A stretch of 64,000 bases of DNA from Thermoanaerobaculia bacterium (GTDB lineage: Bacteria; Acidobacteriota; Thermoanaerobaculia; Multivoradales; SZUA-115), in the NCBI GenBank assembly GCA_044869805.1, contig JBIOXV010000172.1, positions 14,715 to 78,714 of the forward strand, in the 5' to 3' direction. Shown here one piece after another: positions 1 to 9,507 of this stretch (position 1 is its first letter; every line of letters starts with the position of its first letter). A model generated the notes under the pieces. The model ran no database searches. It was not told the origin of the DNA and worked only from the letters and a program-made list of their open reading frames with translations. Made by a program: the position numbers and the translations under genes.

Positions 1-102
1 CTTCAGGGCCTCGTCGGTCTGGCCCGTGCGGCGATGCTCCTCGGCGAGCTTCAGGAAGGCTTGGGAGGCGGGCCGCTCGGAGGCGGGGGCGGCGTCAGGC
101 AT
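1..102 (-). CDS. Partial CDS. Only the N-terminus of a minus-strand protein lies in the window (MPDAAPASERPASQAFLKLAEEHRRTGQTDEALK...), possibly TPR-like; it continues past the window start.
   Basis: Reverse-complement ATG at 100-102 followed by an open frame to base 1. It is below the ORF-track length cutoff, so this was translated by hand. Confidence 0.3.
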   Translation of the reverse strand, partial: MPDAAPASERPASQAFLKLAEEHRRTGQTDEALK

Positions 103-233
103 GGGTGGCGCCCCATGCCTCGGGAATCAGGCCGGTGGTTCGAGAGGTCAGCAAGCACAAAACGGCGGCATTATACCAATGTCCTTGCAGGACAAGGGTT
201 TCGGCTGAAGCGCGGCCAACAGGGTGCCGCGCT

Positions 234-1163
234 TCAGGGGCTGACGGTGACGATCTTGGTGATCGAGCTTTCGCCGATGCTGTTCCTGACGGTCAGGGTC
301 ACCGCGAAGTCGCAGCTCGTGGCCGCGCACTGGTAGCGATGGCTCGGGTTCTGGCTCTGAGAGGTGGAGCCGTCTCCGAAGTCCCAGTCCCAATCCGTGG
401 GCCTGCCGGTGGACTGGTCGTCGAACGCCACTAGCAGGCCGCTGATGTCGGTGTCGAAGTCGGCGATCGGCGGCCGTTGGATCAGGATGGTGCTGGACTC
501 GTTCTGGGTGCTGCCGCCGGAACCGCTGGCCTGCACGGTCACTTCGAATTGGTCGCCCGCGAAAGCGAGCAGGTCCGAGCTCGAGACCGTCAGGGTGTCG
601 CTGCGCTGGCCCTGGTTGTCGGTGTTGCGAAAGGCGCCGCCCGAAGCGAGCGTCCCGATATCGGTCTGGAAGTTCACCGGCACGCCGCTGACCGGCTGCC
701 CCTGGGAATCGCGGACCAGCGCCAGCAGCGTAATGGTGCCGCCAGTCTCGGGAATGCTCGAGGGAGTGGCCTGCAGGCTCACGGCGGCGGCGAGCCTGCC
801 GACCTGCACCGTGACCTCGTTCGACTCGGACGGCCCCGAACGCGCGATGAGCTTCGCCTCGCCCGGGCGTCCGCCGCCGGTCAAGATCGCCGTGGCGACG
901 CCGGCGTCGTCGGTCTCGACGGTCGTGGCGCTCAACTGCCCCAGGGTCGTCGAGAGCAGGACCTGCGTGCCGGGGTTGACCGGCGTGCCGTTTTCGCGCC
1001 GGGCACGGACGGTGATCGTGGAAGTGCCGTTGGCGGCGATCTCGGCCGGGCTGGCAGAAAGCGTGAGCACGGCGCCGGAGGGCGCCACCGGAGTCGCCTT
1101 GTCGCAGGCATAGACCAAGGGCAGCAGGGCCGTCGCAAGCAGCAAAATGCGGGGTGTTTTCAT
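234..1163 (-). CDS. Lipoprotein with bacterial Ig-like (Big) and PKD domains
   Basis: N-terminal signal peptide with lipobox LVYAC. There are repeated Ig-like segments, and a C-terminal PKD signature (WDWDFGDGSTS) is visible in the translation. Confidence 0.7.
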   Translation of the reverse strand: MKTPRILLLATALLPLVYACDKATPVAPSGAVLTLSASPAEIAANGTSTITVRARRENGTPVNPGTQVLLSTTLGQLSATTVETDDAGVATAILTGGGRPGEAKLIARSGPSESNEVTVQVGRLAAAVSLQATPSSIPETGGTITLLALVRDSQGQPVSGVPVNFQTDIGTLASGGAFRNTDNQGQRSDTLTVSSSDLLAFAGDQFEVTVQASGSGGSTQNESSTILIQRPPIADFDTDISGLLVAFDDQSTGRPTDWDWDFGDGSTSQSQNPSHRYQCAATSCDFAVTLTVRNSIGESSITKIVTVSP

Positions 1164-1249
1164 CTCAGGGCGAGTATACGGAGCGGGGCGGCCCCCCGTC
1201 TAGGAGACCGCCCCGAGGTGCGAGGCCGCGAGAGAGGAGAGCGCCGGCG

Positions 1250-3070
1250 CTACGAGCTCTCGCTCGGGTCGTTCGGCCCGGTGCACTGCGGGTCGAGCGC
1301 GTCGATGAAGGTGTCGCTGTCGTTGTCGAAGCCGTCGCTGCACTGCGGCACCGCGGGCGCCACGTCGCCGCGGCAGCTCTGGTCGGCCGGAATGAAGGTG
1401 AAGGCGCCGGTCGCGGTGTTCTCGCACTCGGTCAGCAGGTTGGAGACCGTGACGTCGACCGCGGTGCGCACGAAGCGCATGCCCTCCTGCGCGTCGCCGT
1501 TGTCGTTGCAGGCCTCCTCCTCGAAGTCGGGGATCACGGTGCTGACGGCGATCTGGGTGCCGGCCGCGTTGACCGAGATCACGGACGCGGCGGCGTCGCC
1601 GAACAGCACCCGGACCGGGGCCTCGAAGCCGCTGCCTGAAACCGTCACGTTCACCGAGCCGCCGCTCGCGCCGGTGGCGCTGGGCGGCGACACGCCGGTC
1701 ACCACCAGCGACGGGACGCGGTAGCGGAAGTCGGCGATCGGCGGGCCTTCACCGCCGTTGGTGGTGTCGGAGGCACCGCTGTTGACGTTGATCACCTGGA
1801 CCGGCCCGGTCACGTCGGAGCAGCCGGTGACCACCGGGATCGGAGCGCGGACGCGGATCTCCGAGCCGCTGACATTCAGGACCTGCGCCTGGATGCCGGC
1901 GAGGTTGACGGTCACCGGCGACTCGAAGCCCTGGCCGAAGATGGTCACCGTGGCCTGCGAGTCGAACACCACCTGGTCCGGCGACACCGAGGTGATGACC
2001 ACGCCGGCGCCGTAGCGGAAGGCGCCCTGCGAGATGGTGGTGAAGCCGCTCGACAGGTTGCGCACCAGGATGTTGACGAGCTGGTTCTGGTTGCCCTGGC
2101 CGAAGCCGGTGGCGGACGGCGTGCGCACCACGATCTGGGTCGTGCTGGCGGACTCGACCGTGGCCTCGACGCCGCTGAAGGTGCCGGGCGTCAAGCCGAG
2201 GCCAAAGAGCACCTGCACCGGCGGCTGGAAGCCGGAGCCGGTGATGGTCACCCGGGTGCCGCCCTCGTTGACGCCGGAGGCCGGGGTGACCGAGTTCACC
2301 GTCGGCTGGCTGGTGGTTCCGCCGGGGGTGTAGATGAAGCCGCTGGTGAGCTGGTCGAGCTGCTGGTTGTCCTCGTTCAGATGGATGGTCACCACCACGT
2401 TCACCGGCCGCGTGGTGCCCGCGGGCACGGTCTCGGTCGAGGCCGGGGTCACCACCCGGATGCTGGTCGGGGTCACCGACAGCACCTGCGCCGCCACGCC
2501 GTCGAAGGTCACCCGCACCGGCTCGGCGAAGCCGCCGCCCTGGATGGTGACCACGTCACCGCCGTTCGGGGTGCCCTGGCTCGGCTGCACGAAGGAGATG
2601 AAGAAGGTGGCCTCGCCCTCGATCCGCACGTTGGCCTGGCCGATCGAGCCCTCGAGCCGCGCCTGCACCACGGCGGTGCCGGCGACCACCCCGGGGAAGA
2701 GCAGGGTCTGGGCGTTGCCGTTGACCAGGCTGAGCACGCCCGAGGTGATGCCGCTTCCCAGCGAGCCCAGGTCGCCGAGCGAGGTGCTGATCACCACGGT
2801 CGTGCCGTCGGCCGGCGGCTGGCCGTTGTCGCGGCGCCGCACCTGGATGGTGATCGTCGAGGCGTCGTCGGATCCCGCCGGAAGGGTGGCTGGATCGGCG
2901 ACCACGCTGATCGTGAAGTTGTTGGTTCCGCCGCCGCCACCGCCGCCGGGCGGCGCTGGCTGCTGGGTCGGCTCCGAGGGCGAATCGGTCGAGCAGCCTG
3001 CCACGAGCGCCAGAACGCCCAGGCAGACCACCGCCAGCAGCGGGTTTCGGGTCACAAGGTGGGTCTTCAT
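1250..3070 (-). CDS. Lipoprotein with repeated IPT/TIG and Ig-like domains and a Cys/Asp-rich C-terminal tail
   Basis: Lipobox LVAGCS and a poly-Gly linker. At least three IPT/TIG-like repeats are present (VTSVTPASG...TITGSGF; VSPDQVVF...TIFGQGF; VTGVSPPS...TVSGSGF). The C-terminus reads CSDGFDNDSDTFIDALDPQC, which looks Ca-binding. Confidence 0.7.
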   Translation of the reverse strand: MKTHLVTRNPLLAVVCLGVLALVAGCSTDSPSEPTQQPAPPGGGGGGGTNNFTISVVADPATLPAGSDDASTITIQVRRRDNGQPPADGTTVVISTSLGDLGSLGSGITSGVLSLVNGNAQTLLFPGVVAGTAVVQARLEGSIGQANVRIEGEATFFISFVQPSQGTPNGGDVVTIQGGGFAEPVRVTFDGVAAQVLSVTPTSIRVVTPASTETVPAGTTRPVNVVVTIHLNEDNQQLDQLTSGFIYTPGGTTSQPTVNSVTPASGVNEGGTRVTITGSGFQPPVQVLFGLGLTPGTFSGVEATVESASTTQIVVRTPSATGFGQGNQNQLVNILVRNLSSGFTTISQGAFRYGAGVVITSVSPDQVVFDSQATVTIFGQGFESPVTVNLAGIQAQVLNVSGSEIRVRAPIPVVTGCSDVTGPVQVINVNSGASDTTNGGEGPPIADFRYRVPSLVVTGVSPPSATGASGGSVNVTVSGSGFEAPVRVLFGDAAASVISVNAAGTQIAVSTVIPDFEEEACNDNGDAQEGMRFVRTAVDVTVSNLLTECENTATGAFTFIPADQSCRGDVAPAVPQCSDGFDNDSDTFIDALDPQCTGPNDPSESS

Positions 3071-3103
3071 TGCTGCTCTCCCTCAAGTCCCTGCACGGGC
3101 CTG

Positions 3104-3649
3104 CTACGGCACGAACTCGACGACGAACGAGGCGGTGTTGGACTTCACGTTGTCACCGGCGAGCGTGCGGCCGAAGAACGTGACGTTGCAGTTGATGCGA
3201 ATGGTGGTCTCCCCGGTCTCCTTGTCGAAACCGCCGTTGATGAACTGGAGATCGGAGAGCGGGACGGTGTCGAGCTGCTCCAGGATGAGGACCGGCAGGT
3301 TGTCGATGGTGTCGGTGCCACCTACCGGCACCGCCCCGAAGATGCCGCCGACGTGGGTGGGCGGGCGGCGGGTGCCGCGATCGGCGCGGGTGTAGACCAC
3401 CTCGAAGGAGCGCAGCTCGATGTCCATCAGGTTGCTGGTCACGCCCGCCGGGTCCTTGGCGAAGTTGCTGAGCGTGAACTCCTCGACCTGCACCGCGGTG
3501 GTGCCGTTGACCGAGACCTGGAACGGCAGCCCGTCGAAGCCGGTGATCGTGAGGATGACGCCGCCTTCGCTCTTGTCGGTGCGATCGTTGCAGCTCGTCG
3601 CCATCGCGGCGAGGGCGATCAACCCCAGAGAGATGAGTGTCTTTCGCAT
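3104..3649 (-). CDS. Small lipoprotein, function unknown, immediately downstream of pilQ
   Basis: Signal peptide with lipobox MATSCN. It starts 19 bp downstream of the pilQ stop on the same strand. The 181-aa ORF has native composition. Confidence 0.6.
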   Translation of the reverse strand: MRKTLISLGLIALAAMATSCNDRTDKSEGGVILTITGFDGLPFQVSVNGTTAVQVEEFTLSNFAKDPAGVTSNLMDIELRSFEVVYTRADRGTRRPPTHVGGIFGAVPVGGTDTIDNLPVLILEQLDTVPLSDLQFINGGFDKETGETTIRINCNVTFFGRTLAGDNVKSNTASFVVEFVP

Positions 3650-3668
3650 GGTGCAGCTACCTCCGAAC

Positions 3669-6203
3669 CTACAGGTTGACCACCCGCGGGGTGATGAAGA
3701 TCAAGAGCTCTTCGTTCTCGTCGGTGCGGCGGCGGTTCTTGAAGATCTCACCGATGATCGGGATATTGGCGAGGCCGGGCACGCGGTCCTGGCCCTGGTC
3801 GCTGGTCACCTTGTAGATGCCGCCGATGACGGTGGTGCCGCCGTCGCGCACGATGACCCGGGTCCGCGCCTCCTTGGTGGCGATCGGCGCGTTGGTGGCG
3901 CCGGCGACGGCGAAGGCGAGCTGCGGCTCGCGCTTCCTGACCTCGAGCTCCATCAGCACCGTGCCCTCGGCGGTCACGTGCGGCGTCACCTGCAGCGCCA
4001 GCGTGGCCTTGACGAACTGGGTGGTGACGGTGTTGTTGGTGATGGTCTGGATCGGGATCTGCAAGCCGCTCTGGATCTCGGCCTCCTCGTTGTTGAGCAC
4101 GGCGACCTTGGGCGCCGAGAGAATGCGGATCAGGCCTTCATTCTCCGCCGCCTGGAGAGCGATGTCCAGGTTGAAGCTGTTGAGGACGTTGCCCAGCGAG
4201 AGGTTGAGGAAGCCGTTCCTGGCGCCGGTGATGAGGTTGACGCCGCCCTGGCCCTCGATGTTGTTGGGGAACACCAGGCCGGTGGTGTTGCCGAAGCGGG
4301 CGCTCGCCTCGCCGCCGACCGACCACTGTACGCCGAGCGAGCGCGTGAAGCGCTTGGTGGTCTCGACGATCCGTGCCTCGATCATCACCTGCGGCTCGGG
4401 GGTGTCGAGCTCGTTGATCACCGCCGTCACGGTGTCCATGTACTCGGGCAGCTCTTTGATGATCAGCGAGTTGGTGCGGGTGTCGACCCACACGCTGCCG
4501 CGCTGCGAAAGGATGCCGCCGCGCACCGCGAGCAGGGCGGCGACTTCTCTCGCCGTGGCGTAGGAGAGCCGCCGCATGATGGTCTTCAGCGGCACCTGCA
4601 GCGCCTTGGCGGCGGCCAGCTCCTGCTGCTCCTTGGCCTCGTCCTTCAGCACCTTGATCGGTGCGATGCGCATCACCGTGCCTTCGAGCTCGTAGCCCAG
4701 GCGGTTGACGCGCAGGATCTGCTCCAGCGCCTGATCCCAGGGCACGTTGTTGAGCTCGACCGTCACCGCGCCCTTGACCTCCGGCTGGACGACGATCGAC
4801 AGCCCCGAGATGGCGGCGAAGCTGCGCAGCGTCTCGACCAGATCGGCGTCGCGCAGGGTCATCGAGATGGTGTCGCCGGAGTAGGTGCGCTCCTGGCCGG
4901 AGACGGTCCGCGAGCCGAAGGTCTTGGTAGTGAAGGTGCGGTCCCCGGGGCCCTCGTCCACCGCCGGCGCCTCCTCCACGGCCCGGGCCGCGTAGGCGCC
5001 GAGGTCGTTGGTCGGCATCGGACGGCGCGGCGGAGGCTCCGCCGCGCGTGGCGCGGCGACCGGCGGCGGAGCGGCGGGCGCCGCGCGCACCACGGCGGGC
5101 GCCGGACGCGCGGGCGCGGCCTCGACCGGCGCCGGCTCCTCGGGGGCCGGTTCGGAGACTGGCACCGGGCGGCTCACCGGCCGTGGGCTCTCGACCACCG
5201 GGCTGGCGGATGCCGGGGAGCCGGGCTCGACGAAGCGCACGGTCAGCCCCGAGGCGGTGCGGTCGATCTCCGGCAGGGCCGGGCCGGTGAGGTCGAAAAC
5301 CACGCGCGAAACCGGCTGCGGGAGGGGCTTGAACTGGGCGGTGCGCACCCGGCGGACCAATCCGCTGCCCACTGGCACGGTGGACGCCGGCGCGGCGTTG
5401 ATCACGCCTTCGAGGTCGATGACGAAGCGCTCCGGGGCCTCGAGGCGGAAGGTCGAGTAGGAGAACTCGCCGTCGCCAGCCACCCTCACGGTGCCGTTGC
5501 CCAGCGCCTCGATCGCTTGCAGGCGGGTGGCGAGCGGGCCGGTTGGCGGCGGCGAGTGATGGGGGTTTTCCAGGGTCCCGAGATCGACGTGCGCGGGGCG
5601 CGGCTCGCTTCCGGCGGTGGGAGTGAGCGCCGTGGGCGCGGGCGCCGCGGGCTCCTCGGGCACCGGCTCGTAGGCCAGCGCGCGGCCGCTCTCGGCCGCC
5701 GGCTGGGCAACCGGGTTGAGCTCGAGGCGCAGCAGGTTGCCGTCGGCGACCAGCGAATGTTCGACCTCGCCGGTGGTCGCCACCGTGAGCCGGGTCAGGG
5801 GGCGGGCGGCATTGCTGTCGCTGTCGACGGCGATCGAGGCGACGAGGCCGCTGCCGGGCAGGCTGGACGGCACTCCGGCGCCGGGCTGGCTGTTCGGAAG
5901 CTCGACCACCAGCTTGCCGTCGTCCGTCCGGTAGCTGGTCCACACCAGGGGCCCGGAAGCGGAGAGGTCCACCCGCATGCCGGGTGCGCCCTCGGCCAGG
6001 TCGATCGACTGGATGGCGATGGGTGGCGGGGTCGCTGGGGCGACGGGAGTCGTCTCCCGTACCGGCGAAGGCGCCGCTGCGGTGGTTGCCACCGACCGGC
6101 TGCCGGAGGAGGAGCACGCCAGCGCGAGGAAGATACCCGTGGCCACCATCAGCGCGATCCAGCGCCGGTTGACGTTGCGTTCGGTTTTCACCAAGTCTCC
6201 CAT
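3669..6203 (-). CDS. pilQ: Type IV pilus secretin PilQ
   Basis: 844 aa. It has a Pro/Ala-rich N-terminal linker with AMIN-like segments and a secretin N domain (LSIVVQPEVKGAVTVELNNVPWDQALEQIL). The C-terminal secretin domain reads VPGLANIPIIGEIFK...LLIFITPRVV. Confidence 0.9.
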   Translation of the reverse strand: MGDLVKTERNVNRRWIALMVATGIFLALACSSSGSRSVATTAAAPSPVRETTPVAPATPPPIAIQSIDLAEGAPGMRVDLSASGPLVWTSYRTDDGKLVVELPNSQPGAGVPSSLPGSGLVASIAVDSDSNAARPLTRLTVATTGEVEHSLVADGNLLRLELNPVAQPAAESGRALAYEPVPEEPAAPAPTALTPTAGSEPRPAHVDLGTLENPHHSPPPTGPLATRLQAIEALGNGTVRVAGDGEFSYSTFRLEAPERFVIDLEGVINAAPASTVPVGSGLVRRVRTAQFKPLPQPVSRVVFDLTGPALPEIDRTASGLTVRFVEPGSPASASPVVESPRPVSRPVPVSEPAPEEPAPVEAAPARPAPAVVRAAPAAPPPVAAPRAAEPPPRRPMPTNDLGAYAARAVEEAPAVDEGPGDRTFTTKTFGSRTVSGQERTYSGDTISMTLRDADLVETLRSFAAISGLSIVVQPEVKGAVTVELNNVPWDQALEQILRVNRLGYELEGTVMRIAPIKVLKDEAKEQQELAAAKALQVPLKTIMRRLSYATAREVAALLAVRGGILSQRGSVWVDTRTNSLIIKELPEYMDTVTAVINELDTPEPQVMIEARIVETTKRFTRSLGVQWSVGGEASARFGNTTGLVFPNNIEGQGGVNLITGARNGFLNLSLGNVLNSFNLDIALQAAENEGLIRILSAPKVAVLNNEEAEIQSGLQIPIQTITNNTVTTQFVKATLALQVTPHVTAEGTVLMELEVRKREPQLAFAVAGATNAPIATKEARTRVIVRDGGTTVIGGIYKVTSDQGQDRVPGLANIPIIGEIFKNRRRTDENEELLIFITPRVVNL

Positions 6204-6243
6204 GACACTCGCCTCTCTTTGCCGGCGCCAGGCTCGCTTCGAG

Positions 6244-6798
6244 CTAGGGGCTGAGGCTCTTGACCACCTCGCGGAACGGCTTCAGGGCTGTTGGGTCCTG
6301 AACGTTTTGCTTGAAGACGATCTCTCTGGCGTTGATCGCGACCACGTCACCGTCGAATAGCTGGTCGCCGACCTTGAGTAGGTAGCTCTTCTTCTCGGAG
6401 GAGTGCACCTGGGCGATGTAGCCGTTGCGGGTCCGGAAGATGCCCGCCAGGACCACCTCGTCGATCATCAAGCCGGGGATGCCCGGCGGCCGTGGCCCCT
6501 TGAACTTGGCTTCGGTGGCGGCGATCTTGAGCGATTTGAACGGATCGCGCCGGCCGCCCGGGTCGTAGCTGTAGCCGCGCCCCGACAGCAGGGCCTCCTC
6601 GCCTTCGAGGATCTCGTCGATGTCCTCGAGCGAGGGCAGCGGCGCCACTACGCCGCTCTCTTCGGTGGTGGTCTCCTCCGGCGCCGCAGTCTCCGCCGGC
6701 TGCTCCTGCGCCGCCCGGGGAAGGACTCCGAAGGCCACCGTGGCGACCACCGCCACGGTGAGCAGCAGGCTGCGGTAGCTCTCGCTCGCTCTACACAT
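6244..6798 (-). CDS. pilP: Type IV pilus assembly protein PilP
   Basis: It lies between pilO and pilQ and has a signal-anchor N-terminus (MCRASESYRSLLLTVAVVATVAFG) followed by a PilP-like C-terminal beta domain. The ORF-track start at 6861 would overlap pilO by 70 bp; the internal ATG at 6796-6798 is preferred. Confidence 0.7.
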   Translation of the reverse strand: MCRASESYRSLLLTVAVVATVAFGVLPRAAQEQPAETAAPEETTTEESGVVAPLPSLEDIDEILEGEEALLSGRGYSYDPGGRRDPFKSLKIAATEAKFKGPRPPGIPGLMIDEVVLAGIFRTRNGYIAQVHSSEKKSYLLKVGDQLFDGDVVAINAREIVFKQNVQDPTALKPFREVVKSLSP

Positions 6799-7483
6799 CG
6801 CCGGCCTTCCTTGCCGCTGCGCCCCGCTTCTTGGCGCCGCCCACTGCGCTGCCGATCTCACCCGCCGCTCCAGCGGCCGAGCGCCCCTGGGCGGCCTCCG
6901 CCTCGGCGCCCTCCTCCTCTTCGTTGTAGAAGAAGGTCTTGGCGATGAAGGCCGCCTGGATCGTCCGCGCGTCCGTCTGCTGCGGCATGGCGGTGATGGT
7001 CAGCTTGTCGATGTTCAAGATGCGCGGGAAACGGCCGATCTTGTCGAAGAACAGCGCCAGGTTGTGGTAGCTGCCCTCGAGCGCGATGTCGATTGGCCAC
7101 TCGCTGTAGAACTCCTTCTTCTGCTCGTTGCCCTCGCGGAACACGTTGAGCGCGAAGTCGCCCTGCTCGGCGAGCGACCGCACCTTGCGCAGCAGCTCCT
7201 GGGTGTTGCGCTTGGCGGGCAGGATGCGCAGCAGCTTCTTGAGCTCGAACTCGAGGCGGCCCACCTCCTCGCGGAACTGCGGCAGGCTCTGGGCGGCGGC
7301 GCGCGCCTCGTCGCGCTTGTCCTCCAGCCGGCGCAGCTCGGCCTTCTGCCGCTTGATCGCCTGCTGCTTCGGCATGGCGAGCTGCCAGTAGCCGGCGCCG
7401 GCCAGGGCAGCGCCGAGGAAGGCGCCGAGCGCCAGCCCATACTGGGGTGACTTGCCGTCGAGGCTGATGCCGAAAAACGCCAC
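6791..7483 (-). CDS. pilO: Type IV pilus assembly protein PilO
   Basis: An N-terminal transmembrane helix is followed by a coiled-coil (KAELRRLEDKRDEARAAAQSLPQF). Its position between pilN and pilP is the conserved order. Confidence 0.75.
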   Translation of the reverse strand: MAFFGISLDGKSPQYGLALGAFLGAALAGAGYWQLAMPKQQAIKRQKAELRRLEDKRDEARAAAQSLPQFREEVGRLEFELKKLLRILPAKRNTQELLRKVRSLAEQGDFALNVFREGNEQKKEFYSEWPIDIALEGSYHNLALFFDKIGRFPRILNIDKLTITAMPQQTDARTIQAAFIAKTFFYNEEEEGAEAEAAQGRSAAGAAGEIGSAVGGAKKRGAAARKAGDV

Positions 7484-7495
7484 TGCTGCCTCCGA

Positions 7496-8185
7496 TCAGC
7501 GAGACGGCGAGGTCGACCCCGGCGCCGCCGGCGCCGGGCCGGGCGCTGGCGGCGCGCCCGGCTCACCACCCGCCGGGGGCGCCGCTGGCACGCCGCTCTC
7601 TTCCGACGGGTCGGCCTGCGTCACCGGCCGGTACCCGAACTGGAGAGAGAAGTTGTAGGTGTCTTCCTCGCGCGTGGTTTGCGTGCGCCGCGGCTCCTGG
7701 AACTCGGGCACCCGGTCGAGGTTCTCGATAAAGGCGGCGACGGCGTTGGTGCTGAAGGTCTCGCCGGTGATGCTCACCAGGTTGGAGGTCATGTCGAGCT
7801 TGGTCAGCCACAGCAGCTCGGGCAGGCCGCGCGACACCTCGTCGAGCACGCGCACCGGGCCGCGCTGGTTCGCCTTGAGCTCGGTGATGACCTGGATCTT
7901 GTGCTCGAGCTCGGCCTTCTTGGCCTTGAACTCGGCGACCTCCTCGATGATCGGGGCGAGCTCCTCGAGCTCCTCGTTGACCTCGGCGATCTGGTCGTTG
8001 GTCCTCGCGAGCTCGGAGTAGAGCAGCCACCAGTAGATCCCGAAGCCGGCGACCAGCAGCAGCAGCGCGCCGCCGAACATCCACTTGGCAAGGTCTTCGG
8101 AGCGGAACAGCTTGCCGCTCGTCGCCTTGGCGCGCCGCACCGCGGTCGGGCGCTTGCCCTCGGAAAGCAGGTTGATCTTGATCAT
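7496..8185 (-). CDS. pilN: Type IV pilus assembly protein PilN
   Basis: The N-terminus MIKINLLSEGKRP with a single TM helix and a coiled-coil is typical of PilN. It lies directly downstream of pilM. Confidence 0.8.
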   Translation of the reverse strand: MIKINLLSEGKRPTAVRRAKATSGKLFRSEDLAKWMFGGALLLLVAGFGIYWWLLYSELARTNDQIAEVNEELEELAPIIEEVAEFKAKKAELEHKIQVITELKANQRGPVRVLDEVSRGLPELLWLTKLDMTSNLVSITGETFSTNAVAAFIENLDRVPEFQEPRRTQTTREEDTYNFSLQFGYRPVTQADPSEESGVPAAPPAGGEPGAPPAPGPAPAAPGSTSPSR

Positions 8186-8191
8186 GGGTGC

Positions 8192-9250
8192 CTAGTCCCC
8201 TACTTTGCGCACCGCCAAGCCGACCGACACCGCCAGCATGGGGGCGATCGACTGCAGCCACTCGCTCGCGAAGTCCCCCTCCCGGTAGCGAATGCGACGC
8301 AGGGGGTTCATCAGCTCGGTGGGAACCTGGAAGCGGTCGGAGAGCACCTGCTGGAGATTCGGGGTCAGGGCGCAGCCGCCGGAGAGCACCAGCTCGTCGA
8401 CCGGGCCCTCGGAGGCGGTGGCCGAGAAGAAGTCGAAGGTCTTGCGGATCTCCTCGGCCATCTCGGCCGACACCGCGTCGAGCACCGGCTTGGCCTCGGA
8501 GAGGCCGTAGCGGTCGACGGACTCGCCCTTCTTCAGCGCCTCGGCCTGCTCGAAGGAGAGGTTGAACTCGCGCTGCAGCGCCTCGCTGAACTGGTTGCCG
8601 CCGAACGAGATGTCGCGCCAGAAGACGGTCGCGCCGCGGGCCAGGATGTTGATGTTCGTCACCCCGGCGCCCATGTTGATCAGCGCCACCGTCTTCAACA
8701 GGTCGAGGTCGTAGTTGATCTCGTAGGCGTTCTGCACCGCGAAGGCGTCGATGTCGACCAGCACCGGGGCCTTGCCCGTCTGGCTGATCACCGACACGTA
8801 GTCGTTGACCTTGTCGCGCTTGACCGCGACCAGCAGCACTTCCATGTTGTCGCGGCCGGGCTCGCCCTCGGACAGCACCACGTAGTCGAGGCGCACGTCC
8901 TGGATGTCGAAGGGGATGTACTGCTCGGCCTCCCACTGGATGGACTCGGCGAGCTCTTCCGGGGCCATCGCCGGGAGCTGGATCTTCTTGATGATCACCG
9001 AGTGGCCGGAGAGCGAGGTGCCGTAGTTGGTGGCCTTGACCTTGGTCTCGTCGTTGAGCTTGTGGATCGCATCGACGACCAGCGAAGAGTCCATGATCGA
9101 GCCGTCGACGATCGCCTCGGGCGACAGCGGCTCCACCCCCAAGCGCTGGAGGTGGAACTCGCCGGCCTTGCGCTCCTTGACCTCGACGAGCTTGATCGCC
9201 GAGCTGCCGATGTCCAGACCGACCAAGCCCTTGGCGCGTGAGAAGAGCAC
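8192..9250 (-). CDS. pilM: Type IV pilus assembly ATPase-like protein PilM (actin-like fold)
   Basis: 352 aa; GLDIGSSAIKLVEV and the actin/FtsA-like fold signatures are present. It is the first gene of the pilMNOPQ run. Confidence 0.9.
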   Translation of the reverse strand: MLFSRAKGLVGLDIGSSAIKLVEVKERKAGEFHLQRLGVEPLSPEAIVDGSIMDSSLVVDAIHKLNDETKVKATNYGTSLSGHSVIIKKIQLPAMAPEELAESIQWEAEQYIPFDIQDVRLDYVVLSEGEPGRDNMEVLLVAVKRDKVNDYVSVISQTGKAPVLVDIDAFAVQNAYEINYDLDLLKTVALINMGAGVTNINILARGATVFWRDISFGGNQFSEALQREFNLSFEQAEALKKGESVDRYGLSEAKPVLDAVSAEMAEEIRKTFDFFSATASEGPVDELVLSGGCALTPNLQQVLSDRFQVPTELMNPLRRIRYREGDFASEWLQSIAPMLAVSVGLAVRKVGD

Positions 9251-9385
9251 AGTAGGCCCCCAAAGTCCTGTGGTTACGCCAACTTACAGCGGGATACTTA
9301 AAGCTTGGCTCGAGGCTAACACCAAGAAATATGGGTGTCAAGAGGCAGATGCATCTATGGCCATATAGGCCCACGAGGCAAGTCC

Positions 9386-9415
9386 TTGAACCGACGAGCC
9401 TTGTTCTGTTACGAT
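9386..9415 (+). promoter_or_regulatory. Candidate sigma70-type promoter for rpmB, inside the AT-richer pilM/rpmB divergent intergenic region
   Basis: TTGAAC at 9386-9391, a 17-nt spacer, then TACGAT at 9410-9415, about 90 bp upstream of the rpmB ATG. The intergenic region 9251-9507 is visibly less GC-rich than its flanks. Confidence 0.3.
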
Positions 9416-9507
9416 CCGCGCTCCTGCGCCGGGGCGAGCCATGCCTCGGCCTCCTTCAAGCACTCGTATCACGCACTCGTCGTCAACGCGCTAGGGAGCT
9501 CGAGGCC

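Noticed and set aside
3420-6254. A 944-aa plus-strand ORF antisense to pilQ. Similar long antisense ORFs occur at 4138-6117, 7563-9374, 7679-9241, 9469-10884, 12275-13525, 21707-23779, 24105-26159, 24275-26272, 26775-28469, 28804-30858, 45635-47119 and 54800-56512.
   Set aside because: They are Arg/Gly/Ala/Pro-rich with low complexity, have no recognisable domains, and lie exactly opposite confidently identified genes. They are typical shadow ORFs of 70%-GC DNA.
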